This document shows positions 11,431-23,809 of a DNA stretch of 64,000 nucleotides, piece by piece; positions within the stretch are counted from its first letter, which is position 1, and each line of letters starts with the position of its first letter. The translations under genes were made by a program, and so were the position numbers. Location of the stretch: positions 18,788,001 through 18,852,000 of the forward strand of contig CM075987.1 in NCBI GenBank assembly GCA_038087875.1, given 5' to 3'. The notes below the pieces were generated by a model that worked only from the letters and a program-made list of their open reading frames with translations, was not told the DNA's origin and did no database searches. This DNA comes from Malacoraja senta (taxonomy: Eukaryota).

Positions 11431-12824
11431 AATATTCATGCCTCCAAGGAATTTCATTGCACCCAAGTGTATTTGACAATAAACTAATCTGAATTCTGGT
11501 AGAGCCACTGCCTCTTGGCTCCAGTGTATAAATTGTCCCTAGAGGATCGGGAGTGGATGCAAAAATGGGATAAAAAACGGGTTGATCGATAGTCAACGTG
11601 GACTCAGTGGGCCATAGTCCCTACTTCCACATTGTATCTCAAGTGTAGGAGTGGATGAGAACATGGGATAACATAGAATTAGCGTGAACTGATGATTGAT
11701 GGTCAGCATACTCGGTGGGCCAAAGGGCCTTTTTCCATGCTGTATCTCTGAAATCAAACTAAAAAACATGACAGAACAACATGCAGTCACAGCCAACACA
11801 CATCACATTCCTTACACTGTACTGACCGACGTGAACCAATATAACAGCACACATCTGCCCAGCAAGAACTTTTCACCTCACACCAAGAACAGCCAGACAG
11901 TTGAAGGATGTACATGGACACCTGTGCATGGACACCGTTCACTGCTCTCTCACGCCGTGTCTTAAAATAGAACAACTTCTGAGATGCTTCCAATTGGGTA
12001 CGATTAAAGAAGGATATTAAAAGCACTTTCAATTGACTTGTGTCTCGGCTTCAATGGTTAAGTCAATTCACACTAAGTATACTATTCATTTAAAAAAGAA
12101 ACAACCCTTTTTTCTGCTTTTTGTTAAATGTGGGTTCTGAAGGAACAATGGTGAGTAATTCTCCCTTCACTTCGAGATCATTTCCCATCATGACTGAGAC
12201 CTCAGTTTGAACACAGACCATTGTCAAACTTCCTCTCAGAGAGGGGGCTTAATTGAATTTCTGACAATGCCAATTTAACTTAATTATGCCAGGTCATCTG
12301 AGTTTGCGGATTTTTGGGGCTGGAGTACAGTGAATGGGCGGTTCCATAGATGAAGGGAGCAGATAGACAGTAGGTCCAGGGTCTAGGATCAGATAAGCAG
12401 CATTAGGAGTCCAGGTTTCTTGCTCACTGTGTGGTACCTGACCCGTAATGAGATGACCTACACTTTAATGTGTAAACAGAAGGCCAATTTGTTAGGGTTT
12501 CGAGCACTTTCACCCACAGAATAAAGTTACCGGCTTTCTTTTGTTCACAAAGCACCGAGTTCATCATTGCCTGTCTGTGACTTTTTTTGCAGCGAATTCA
12601 GTTACAAAAAATAAGCAAAGCAACAGGACTAATCCCAATGTAATGAGTTTGCAAATGTCACTGTGTAAATCAGTGTAAAGGTTAAGACAGGCACATTGTT
12701 TGAAACTCAGTGGAACAGTGGACATTATTGGATTTAAATCTCTTGTGTTACCCGTTGCAACCTCACAATTCCAGGTGGTAAATAGGGAGCCAGGGATGGC
12801 CATTCCATTTACAGCCCAGCCTCC

Positions 12825-13310
12825 TTGGTCCATAATGTCTGTGCCGAACATGATGCCTGTATGTGAGCCATATCCCTCCATTCCTTGCATATCCATGTGC
12901 CTATATAAAAGCCTCTGAAACGCCACTATTGTATCTACCTCCGCCACCACCCCTGGCGGCATGTTCCAGGCACTCATCACCCCTCCATGTTAAAAACATG
13001 CCCCACACATCTCCTTTAAAAACTTTGCCCTCTTGTCTTTGACATTTTAACCCTGGGGAAAAAGTTCTGACTGTCTCCCCTGTTTATGCCATCATGATTT
13101 TCTATACCTCTATCAGGACTCGCCTTGCCCTCTGGCAGGCCAGAGAAAACAATCCAAGCCTGTTCAACCTTTCCTGGTAGCTAAATATCTCCTAATCCAG
13201 GCTGCATTCTGGTAACCATTCTTCTGGACCCTCTCCAAAGCCTCCACATCTTTCCTGTAATGGGGCGAACAGAACTGCATGCAATACTCTAAAGGTGGCC
13301 CAACCCAAGT
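12825..13310 (-). mobile_element. Degenerate CR1-like LINE fragment
   Basis: ORF track peptide PLEYCMQFCSPHYRKDVEALERVQ (13164-13400) plus tail motifs. Confidence 0.8.
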
Positions 13311-13557
13311 CTTATCCTGTGGATAGTTGCCCAATGGTTCATTGTTTTCTTTATTGTCATGCGTACAGAGATACAGCGAAGTGCTTGGTCTGCATGCCAT
13401 CCAGTTAAATCATGCCATGCATGATCACAGTACAATAGAGAGTCTGGACTGGATGCAGAGGTCACAATGTTCCAGTGCCATTTCGCAACCTCCAAGTCCC
13501 TGAATCTTCTGATCTAAGCCAAAGCTCTTCCTTTGGTGGCTGTGCTGACTTGAGGTC

Positions 13558-13880
13558 GATTGAAAGATACAGCATGGAAACAGACCCTTCAGCCCACCGA
13601 ATACATGCCGACCATTGATTACCTTTTCACAACGGTTCTGAGTTATCCCACTTTCCCATGCATTTCCTACACAGAAGGGACAATTTACAGAGGCCAATTA
13701 ACCTACAAACCCACATGTCTTTCGGATGTGGGAGGAAACCAGCGAACCTGGAGGAAACCTACATGGTCACACAGAGGGAGAACATGCAAACTCCACACAG
13801 ACAGGACTCCAGGTCATAATTGAACCCAGGTCCCTGGCGCTGTAAGGTAACAGCTCCACCAGTTGCGCCACTGTGCTACC
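13558..13880 (-). mobile_element. HE1-like V-SINE
   Basis: Reverse complement of the head (agtggcgcaactggtgg…gggttcaatt) and body. Confidence 0.8.
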
Positions 13881-14059
13881 AAAGGTGATATATTTGAACC
13901 AAACAGTGATGGCCAGGGACTGTTGCCTTGCACACAGGGATTGGTAATAAATACCCGACTGGCCAGGCTCATCCGTATGCCACGAGTGGGTTTTTAAGCA
14001 AAGAACACCATAACACCAGGGGTCATTGAGATTATAATTGAAAACAAATTAGATTAGTA

Positions 14060-14395
14060 TAGTCATAAATCATGGAAACAGATGCTTCGGTGCAACTCGA
14101 CCATGCCAGTCATAATGCCCCATCTAAAGTAGTGCCATTTCCCACATCTGGCAAATATCCCTCTAAACCGTTCATGTCTATATACCAGTCCTTTAGATGT
14201 ATTTGTTGTACCTGGCTCAACTACTTCCTCTGGCAGCTCATTCCATATATCCACCATACTTTGTGTGAAAATGTTACCCAGCAGGTTCCTATTAAACCTT
14301 TCCACCCCCTCCCTCCCTCACCTGAAATCTATGCCCTCTCATTCTTGATTTTCCTATCCGGGGGGGAAATACTTCATGTATTCACCCTTTATTCC
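14060..14395 (-). mobile_element. CR1-like 3' fragment
   Basis: Peptide FTQSMVDIWNELPEEVVE and tail. Confidence 0.75.
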
Positions 14396-14959
14396 TTAGT
14401 TGCAAAATAGCACATTTAGCAGACATGGGGAAAAGTCAGAACATGGAACATTAATAGCCAGCTCAATTTTAAGGGCAACAGACCCACAATGGATAGAATA
14501 AGCTCAGCTAATAATTTAATGTACATGATTCAAGTCCTTTGCAATTAGATCCATTCTGCCCGATTCAGTTCCCACGGCATCAGGACTCGAGATTAAATTA
14601 ATGGTTGCAAATATATCTTGCACTAATTCCTTTTTTTCTGCAATATATGCTCCTGAAGCCATCGGTAATGAATACTGTAATTTGCTGAGCTGGCGGATAT
14701 GAAAGTTAGTAAGTAAATCTCAAGCAAACACTGCATGCAACGGAATCCATTTACAGGGAAGTCTTATCTCGTGTTTAAAATCCAAGTTCAGACACCGACG
14801 GCAAATATTATTTATAGCAATCCCCACATCCGTGACATGTTTCTTGGTCATCAATAAATACAACAAACAAAAATTAACCATAACCAATATTATCATAAAT
14901 AATATCAGAGAGGCTAAATGAGGCAGGGGAGATTACTCCAGTAAAATGGAACAAACAGA

Positions 14960-15400
14960 ACAACACAATGCAGGAACATGCCCTTCGACCCACAATGTCT
15001 ATGCCAAACACGATGCCAAAAACAAATTAATCTCAACTGTCTGCACATGATCATATTCCTCTATTCCTTGCATATTTGTAAGCCACTTAAATACTTCTGT
15101 GATATCTGCCTCCACCACCACCCTTGGCAGCATGATCCAGGCAACTACAACTCTGGAGAAAAAAAACACTTGCTCAGCACATCTCCTTTAAGCTCTGCCC
15201 TCTCACCTTAAAGCGACCTTAATTTATTGACACTTCAACCATGGGAAAAAATGTTCTGATTGTCTACCCTAAATATGCCTCCCATAATTTTTATATACCT
15301 CCATCAGGTCTCCGCACCCTCCAACACTCCAGAGAAAACAAACTAGCTTTTTTGAAACTCTCCTTATAGCTAATACCCTATAATACAAGCAGTATTCTGG
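14960..15400 (-). mobile_element. CR1-like 3' fragment
   Basis: Homologous to the other CR1 tails in the window. Confidence 0.65.
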
Positions 15401-15649
15401 ATAAAAAAATCATGGGTTTTCACAAGATCCTAAAGCTCCCTACAATCATGGATTTATTTTAAAGTGTTGTCTCTCTGGTAGATGCAGGAATCTCAGCAGG
15501 ATTTAAATTTATGAACAAAATAATCCTGGGAGGAATATGGAGAGAAATTACTTGATGCAGAAAATTGTTGTGATTCGGCAAAGAGTGGAAGCAGGTCCAA
15601 TAGTGGTGTGTTGCATCCTCCTCTGCAAAGCACCCAAATACCTCACTTA

Positions 15650-16510
15650 GTCAAAGAGCCACACAGCATGAAAACGGGCCCTTCGGACCATCTCGTCCAT
15701 GCTGAGCAAGTCAGCATCCTGGGCTAGTTCAATTTGCTTGCATTGGGCTCTTAGCCTCTAAACCCTTCCTATCTACCTGTCCAAATGTCTTTTAAAAGTT
15801 GGAATTGCATCCACCTCAATCACTTCCTCTCAATGAAAAAATTGCCTGAGGCCCTTCTTAAATATCTCCCCGCTCACCTTCAGCCAATGACTTCTGGTTT
15901 TCCCTCATTCCAGCAGGAGCAAAGAAATGTGATTGGGGTTGGGGTTGTGGCTGGAATCTGAAATTCAATATTGCTTCACAAATGGGAGCAGCATAAAGGG
16001 ATTGTGAGTGGTGTGGGCTTTTGATGATATTAGATGGGGGCAGCGCTTCCAACAATGTAGATTCCAGCAACGGGGGAGGCTCAGTAGCCATGTGGACCCA
16101 ACAATGTCCACCACTCTCTGCAGCCTCCTTCATTCCCAAGCGTTCAAATTTCCAAACCAGGCCACGATGTAACAAGTGTGGTCTCCATCTTATACCTGTA
16201 GAAGTTCGATAGATTATTGGGCAACATGCCAAAACTCGAACTACTAAGGAAGTAGTTATTACAAATAACTCACTTAGAGTCATATGGCTGTACAGCATGC
16301 AAACAGGCCCTTCGGCCCACCTTGTCAATGCCAAACAAGCTGGCATATTGGACGGGTCCCATTTGCCTGCATTTGGCCCATAGCCCTCTAAACCCTTCCC
16401 ACCCGTCCAACTGTCTTTTAATTGTATCCGCTTGTATAGTTTCCTCTGGCAGCCCATTCCAGATACGGACTACCCTCCGAGCGAAATAGTCGCCCCGAAG
16501 TCCCTCTTAG
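15650..16510 (-). mobile_element. Cluster of CR1-like tails and a Rex-like remnant
   Basis: Two CR1 tails (about 15650-15900 and 16278-16510) with decayed Rex-like sequence between; the 199-aa ORF here is a mosaic of these. Confidence 0.6.
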
Positions 16511-17266
16511 TAAAATCAAAGTAATTATCTTTTTGACGATTATGTTTATTCTCTCTTATTGGAAGCAGTTTCTACTCTTCCACTGTATCAAACCCTTCAT
16601 TTAAATCTGCGTGTCATTTGCATAACCAGATCCCGCCCACAAGTTGGCCTGCACATCTGCCCATGTTACCCTGACCTATCCCAAGATTGATACTGCAACC
16701 ACCCTTTTTATCAAGGAGTCTTGAATTTATAGAGGGGGGGGGGGAAAGAGTAACAAATCACAGGGCTGTAAAATTTACAACCTTGCAGGATGTAAATTGA
16801 CTGCTTAGGCTCAGCGACCTTTGAAGCACACCCTTCATTTCTGTAATACATTTGGAAATGTAAATATGCACGCATCAGCCAGCAATCTGAATTTTATGTT
16901 AAACGCGCACAATGTTCTGCCATAACTCTCGCTTGCATATAATAACAGGAGAGTTCTGTTCAGTCCATTACGCAAAGAGGCTGGTTATGGGCTTTAGGCC
17001 ACCTCTCTCGTCGTTTATGGTTTTAAATGGTGAAATGCACTAAATAAAAGTCAAACATGCCCGTGACATTTCTAAAATGAGTGTGCGAAAGGCTCGGCAG
17101 CTTTACGAGTCTTCCCCCCTCTGACAGATTTGATTACTTCCAATCTGATGGGCATTAGAGTAATGCAGAAGGCAGTGACCCAGACCCGTCTCACGCGCAA
17201 GGGAAAGGGAGAGCTCAGCACTGCCAAGTGTTCTTTTTATGATGCTAGTCTCGTGGGCTTATCTTT

Positions 17267-18253
17267 AGAAACATAGAAACATAGAAATTAGGTGCAGGAG
17301 TAGGCCATTCGGCCCTTCGAGCCTGCACCGCCATTCAATATGATCATGGCTGATCATCCAACTTAGTATCCCATACCTGCCTTCTCTCCATACCCTCTGA
17401 TCCCTTTAGCCACAAGGGCCACATCTACCTCCCTCTTAAATATAGCCAATGAACTGGCCTCGACTACCCTCTGTGGCAGAGAGTTCCAGAGATTCACCAC
17501 TCTCTGTGTGAAAAAAGTTCTTCTCATCTCGGTTTTAAAGGATTTCCCCCTTATCCTTAAGCTGTGACCCCTTGTCCTGGACTTCCCCAACATCGGGAGC
17601 AATCTTCCTGCATCTAGCCTGTCCAACCCCTTAAGAATTTTGTACGTTTCTATAAGATCCCCTCTCAATCTCATAAATTCTAGAGAGTATAAACCAAGTC
17701 TATCCAGTCTTTCTTCATAAGACAGTCCTGACATCCCAGGAATCAGTCTGGTGAACCTTCTCTGCACTCCCTCTATGGCAATAATGTCCTTCCTCAGATT
17801 TGGAGACCAAAACTGTATGCAATACTCCAGGTGTGGTCTCACCAAGACCCTGTACAACTGCAGTAGAACCTCCCTGCTCCTATACTCAAATCCTTTTGCT
17901 ATGAAAGCTAACATACCATACGCTTTCTTCACTGCCTGCTGCACCTGCATGCCTACTTTCAATGACTGGTGTACCATGACACCCAGGTCTCGCTGCATCT
18001 CCCCTTTTCCTAGTCGGCCACCATTTAGATAATAGTCTGCTTTCCTGTTTTTGCCACCAAAGTGGATAACCTCACATTTATCCACATTATACTGCATCTG
18101 CCAAACATTTTCCCACTCACCCAGCCTATCCAAGTCATCTTGCAGTCTCCTAGCATCCTCCTCACAGCTAACACTGCCCCCCAGCTTAGTGTCATCTGCA
18201 AACTTGGAGATATTGCCTTCAATTCCCTCATCCAGATCATTAATATATATTGT
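17267..18253 (-). mobile_element. Young 5'-truncated CR1 LINE (RT C-terminal half, open frame)
   Basis: Uninterrupted frame IYINDLDEGIEGNISKFADDTKL…VRPHLEYCIQFWSP…LWNSLP…; 3' UTR and (TTTCTATG)n tail at 17267-17287. Confidence 0.95.
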
Positions 18254-18362
18254 AAATATATATTACAATATATATATATTACACTATTATATATATATAT
18301 AAATAAATATATATTTAGGCCCTGCTTCAGCCGGACACATGTTGGAGAAGGTCACTCAGCCC

Positions 18363-18720
18363 ATAATAATAATAATAATGGATGGGATTTATATAGCGCC
18401 TTTCTAATACTCAAGGCGCTTTACATTGCATTATTCATTCACTCCTCAGTCACACTCGGTGGTGGTGAGCTACTTCTGTAGCCACAGCTGCCCTGGGGCA
18501 GACTGACGGAAGCGTGGCTGCTAATCTGCGCCTACGGCCCCTCCGACCACCACCAATCACTCACACACATTCACACACATTCACACACATTCACACACAG
18601 GCAAAGGTGGGTGAAGTGTCTTGCCCAAGGACACAACGACAGTATGCACTCCAAGCGGGATTCGAACCTGCTACCTTCCGGTTGCCAGCCGAACACTTAG
18701 CCCATTGCGCCATTGCGCCA
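18363..18720 (-). mobile_element. tRNA-derived SINE with CORE-like domain and L2-type tail
   Basis: Minus-strand A box TGGCGCAATGG (18702-18712), B box GGTTCGAATCC (18658-18668), gtgtccttgggcaagacacttcaccc (18609-18634), tail aaggcgctatataaat…(ATT)n. Confidence 0.85.
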
Positions 18721-19679
18721 CTGGATACAATCTGCCACATCGGGGATCTCCACCAGCCACCGCCCCATCACCAGCCCATTCCCTCCATTGATGGCCAAAG
18801 GGTAGTACTGAACACAGAGTGATTCTACCCCACAACCCACTCCTTGCCCCATTTTCCTCCTTCATATCTCTTTGCATGTTTTCCAATGTTCCATTGTTGA
18901 TTTAGAACATAAGACACATGAGTAGAATTAGGCCATTTACCATCGTATCTAATCAGTCATTCGATCATGGCTGATTTATTTTTCCCTCTCAACCCAATTC
19001 TCCTGCCTTCTCCCCATCACCCTGGACACACTTACTAATCAAGACTTTTGTGGATATTTACAACTTCATCAAGATTATAACATGTTTTGTAGATTGAATA
19101 TCATTAATCCTTTGGCCTTCTCTCACTAAAGAGGGCTCCCAACCTGAAACATCGCATGTCCATTCCCTCCACTGATGCCGACTGACCTACTTTGTGTTTT
19201 GCTCAAGATTTCAGCGTCTGCCGGGTTTTTTTGCGTCACTTTTTATTTTACCCACCATTTCTTTCAAAAAGAGGGATTAAAATGCTTCATAAATTGTCTG
19301 ACATCTACGTTTGATCTGTGGATATGGGACAATTGTAAAAAGTTCAATCAAACCTTAATTAAATCCCCAATGATCTTTGACCTGCACTCAACATTGCCAA
19401 GGTCACCAATGCTGCACACAGGCATAATTAGGTGTTTTTATTTTAATCATCTAGGCCTGTATATGACAAACTTCCCAGGAGTAAGCCTAAGGACAAATGC
19501 CAAAATCCAGTCACCAACACCAATAAGACCATAAGACATAGGAGTAGAATTAGGCCATTTGGCCCATCGTGTCTACTCCGCCATTCGATCGTGGCTGATC
19601 TGTGTTTCCTTCCCAAATAGAGAGGGAAAGCAGTATCACTGCAGGAGTGACTAGAACCAGTGGTCACAGTCTCACCATA

Positions 19680-20130
19680 GACAAAGGACAAAGGACAAAG
19701 GACATTTATTGTCACATACACCAAATGGTGTAGTGAAATTTGTCTTGCCATGCAGCACAAATTAGACACAACATTAAAGAAATTTAACATAAAACATAAA
19801 AACATCCCCCCCACAATGGTTCCCACTGTGGGGGAAGGCACAAAGTCCAATCCCCATCCCATGTCCACCCATAGTCGGGCCTATTGAGGCCTCCACAGTC
19901 ACCTTCACAGAGGCCCGATGTTCCAGGCCGTTCTCGCCGGGTGATGGTGCTCCGGTGTCGGGAGAACCCTCTCAGCGGCTTGGGACACCTGGAACGGCCG
20001 CCTCCTTACTCGAGACCGTGGTTTCCGAAGCCAACAGGCTTCGGAAGCCACTGATGGAGCTCCACCACTGGCGATCTCGGCGAGAGATCCCAGGCTCCCG
20101 ATGTAAAGTTCAGCGCCGCCGCCCGCAGCG
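19680..20130 (-). mobile_element. GC-rich non-autonomous retroelement with Rex-type tail
   Basis: Minus-strand tail gtgacaataaatgtcctttgtcctttgtcctttg; body homologous to ~46050-46315; hairpin at 19808-19834. Confidence 0.6.
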
Positions 20131-20428
20131 GGTTATTTCAGAACAGAAACAAGGTCAAATTTCTTCACTCAGAGCATAGTGACTCTTTGAAATTCCCAAC
20201 CCAATCTTACGATGAAGGCATAATTGCTGAGTGCCGTCATCAAATGCCTGATATAGCTGAATCTTAATGCCCCAACTTTTGAACTCCATTCCCCCAGCAA
20301 TAACTCCTAACACAATCCCACCATGTACTAAAATGCTCTCCAACCAATTACATAGTTCCTGACTGCTAATAGTTAAGTCACAAAGAGATATCGAATAAAC
20401 AGACCCTCCGGCCTAGCACATCCATGCT

Positions 20429-20561
20429 TCTTCTTCTTCTTCTGCAAAGCCTAAAGTTGTAGGACAACTTGTTCTATTTGATCTTATTTGTTTGTGCACG
20501 CCGGGTTGGTTGCATTTGTCGAAACAGGGCGGACCACGTGAAGGTTGCAATCTCCCACCCC
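20429..20561 (-). mobile_element. HDV-ribozyme-headed short retroelement, copy B
   Basis: TSD gcacatccatgct at 20416-20428 and 20562-20574; (GAA)n tail. Confidence 0.88.
20508..20561 (-). ncRNA. Putative minimal HDV-like self-cleaving ribozyme
   Basis: GGGGUGG-GA-GAUUGCA-ACC-UUCACGU-GGU-CCGCCCU-G-UUUCGA-CAAA-UGCAACC; all helices form, with one P2 mismatch. Confidence 0.75.
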
Positions 20562-20924
20562 GCACATCCATGCTGATCCTTCACCACTCACTAGGCTAAT
20601 CCTACATTAATCCCATATTTTGGTTTATTCTCTCGCATTCTCATCCACTCCTCCCAGATCCTACCACTTACCTACACGCTGGGGGCAATTTACAACTGCT
20701 AATTACCCCACCGATCATGTCTTTGGGATGTGTGAGGTGGAAACCTATGTGGCCTCCAGGAGAGCATATAACCCCACGTAGACTGCACCAGTAGAAGAGT
20801 AGAAGATTGAACCTGCACCTCTGATACAGTGAGGCAGCTGCACAACTGTGACGGTCAAAATTCTCATCATAAGGTCGACGAACAGCTAATCAGATAATCT
20901 TGGCTGAAGGCGAAATGTAGATCG

Positions 20925-21000
20925 GGATATTCTCCTTAAATAATAGTTATTTATATTCATTTGAGGATATTCTCCTTAAATAATAGCTATTTATATTCAT
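20925..21000. repeat. Tandem duplication of a 36-bp unit (period 40)
   Basis: ggatattctccttaaataatag(t/c)tatttatattcat twice. Confidence 0.9.
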
Positions 21001-21058
21001 ATATTCCTGTACAGGATCATGGTTTCATATCTCAAGCTAAAGAAAACATGGTCAACTA

Positions 21059-21396
21059 GAGACACAAGGAACTGCAGATGCTGGAGACTTGAGCAAAACA
21101 CAAAGTGCTGGAGGAGCGCAATGGGATAGGTATATCAGGCAGCATCTGTGGAGGGAATGGACAGTCTGAAGAAGGGTCCCGACCTGAAGCATTGTCTGTC
21201 TATTCCCTCCACAGATGCTGCCCGACCTGCTGAGTTCCTCCAGCACTTTGAGTTTTGCTCAAGATTTCAGCATCTGCAGTTTGTGTCACCTTATTTTATC
21301 CACTGTTTGTTAAAAATAGATGAATAAAATGCATCACAAATCTCCTGATATCTATGTTTGATCTGTGGACATGGTTCCTTCAGCACTGTGTGTTTT
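21059..21396. mobile_element. Palindromic Penelope-derived insertion carrying a captured local segment
   Basis: TSD atggtcaacta at 21048-21058 and 21397-21407; inverted arms; 21281-21374 resembles 19231-19327. Confidence 0.7.
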
Positions 21397-22193
21397 ATGG
21401 TCAACTATGCAGCTCTCTCATTTTATGAATCAGTATTTGATATTTCTTCCATCATTTGTCATCGCCTAAACAAAAAGAGCTGAGATCTTTCTCTTTGTAT
21501 TGTGAGAAATCCCACAAGTCTCCTTCATTTATTCTTATATGCAACTCAGCCATAATGTGATATTTAATGCAGGCAGAGGCGATCATATTATTCTGGCATC
21601 ATGTTCGGTATAGACATTGTGGGCCCAAGGGCCTGTTCCTATGCTGTACTGTTCTGTTCTGTGTTCTATGTTCTCACAATACAACCAATTGTAATGGACA
21701 GTCTTGCTTTGAGAAACTGAGGGCCCTTTTAAACCATTGACCGTGGGAAACCCATTAAGCCTTTTATGGATTTTATAAGCAAATTATTGAAAGGTTTAAC
21801 TTTTCTTTACAACATAATTTGCAGTGTTGTATTGATTATTTGCTCCAGGTCCGTGTAATGATCTCATCAAGGCATTAATGAAGTGCATTCCACTCCATTT
21901 AGGAGAATCAAACCCTTTTGCTTCGTGCTTTACAGTGGAGTCCACACTCCTTGAGCTGGCAATGATGGAAAGAGTGAGACCAGGGATGCTGGATGTGGAT
22001 GACAGGAGCTATGGACCCATTTTTAAATGGAGGCTCTTGACAAATTAAAACATTATTCACCAACACGAGGACTTGTCAGATGCTAGCACAGAGCTTTACT
22101 CTATGACATTCTGGGCCTTGCCCTTGTGGACCAAGATGTTTCACATCAAGTCAAGTATTATGTAGGTGCAGGGAAATAGTGGGGAAATACTCA

Positions 22194-22475
22194 GGGGAGG
22201 CACAGCGGTAGTTGTTCTGCCTAACAGCGCCAGAGACCCGGGTTCGATCCTGATTACGGGCGTTGCCTGTACGGAGATTGTACGTTCTCCCCATGACCGC
22301 GTGGGTTTTCGCCGGGAGTTCCGGTTTCCTCCCACACTCCAAAGACGTACAGGTTTGTAGGTTAATTGGCATCAGTAAAATTGTAAATTGTCTCTAGTGT
22401 GCAGGATAGCGTTAGTGTGCGGTCGGCGCGGACTCAGTTGGCCAAAGGGCCCGTTGCATCTCTAAATTAAACTAA
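22194..22475 (+). mobile_element. HE1-like V-SINE
   Basis: B box GGTTCGATCC, conserved body and tail. Confidence 0.85.
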
Positions 22476-23809
22476 CCAATATTGGGCCTTGCCTGAATGG
22501 CCCCTGATGCTTCAAAACCAAGTGCAGGGGTCTGTAGATTTATTCACATCCAGAGATCAGCAACAGTGTGGTATGCCCCGGCTTTGCACTGATGTGTCAG
22601 TGTGGATTGTGTTCCCTACACTGGGACTTCACACTGTTTTCTGAGTCGGAGGTGATACAATTAACCCACCCCAATCTGTATCAGGCCCAAGATTAGGTGC
22701 AGCTATTCCAACAGTTTGGCTCAGCCCCAATCTCTGAAGATAACTAGTACATCATGCTAAACACTTTTTCCATTTCCTGCACCAGCCATCCCTTCGAGTG
22801 TGATGTCAAATTTAGCCTCAACTACTGGGAACTGAAAGACAATTCTGAACTTACCAAGGGTTAGAATGAGTTTGTCTTATTTCATTCCATGTGAAATAAC
22901 AGCAGGCAGCATGACATCAGCCGGAGATGGATGAGTAGCAGTGGGCTGGATAATTACTAAAGGGCAATCTCACAGCATCGCCCAATATTTAAGAAAGACT
23001 TTCAGAAATCATAAAAAGACAACATGCATTTCTATTCCACACACAGTAGTTAAAAGTTCACTCAACTAAGTCAACATCATTTAAAACAGACAAAATTAAT
23101 ATTTGACAGAAACAGATAAAATAACTAATTTTTAAATAATAAGACAATAAATTCAACCACTGATGTAATTGGGTAACTCTAATCCCAAGCAAATATTTAA
23201 ATTCCGCACTTCACTTACTATAAATCGTTATCGTTAGTGCTTCCTTAACATAACAGCAAGTGGATAATCTTTACCATATAATCCAAGCTAAACGATATTT
23301 AATGTGGACATTTCTTAATTATTCCCATAAATCTCCAGGTTCATTAAGATAAAGTATAAGAATCCAGTAAATATAAATCATGTTTTATTTTCCAGCTTCA
23401 TTATTGTGCGAGCCCTCTAATGTATCCAATCATCTCAAAATTAAACTAAGGCCATGTCGTAAACCCAAGGTGCAAGTTTGGAGTGAAGATTGTCCATTGT
23501 GATCTGTTCCCACTGGGAAAAGGGCAGATTGGCCAAACAAGCAAGAATTAAGGACCATGTCCTCCACAGATGATCCATGATCTGCCAAGTTACTCCAGCA
23601 CCAAATGTACTCAAGATTCCAGCACCTTGTGTCTCTAGGAATTAAGGCCAAGTCACTTGTGAGGCAATGTTGAAGGTTAACAGCATGAATCATGGCTTGT
23701 TTCTCCTCATCTCAAATACGTTACCACAGGCTCACAGTATGGAACACCCACAGTCTTTTTCCCAGGGTAGAGGATTTTAAAACTAGAGGTCCTAGGCTTA
23801 AGATTAGAG

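Noticed and set aside
15858..16457. 199-aa minus-strand ORF
   Set aside because: Runs across CR1 tails and a decayed Rex remnant; no coherent protein
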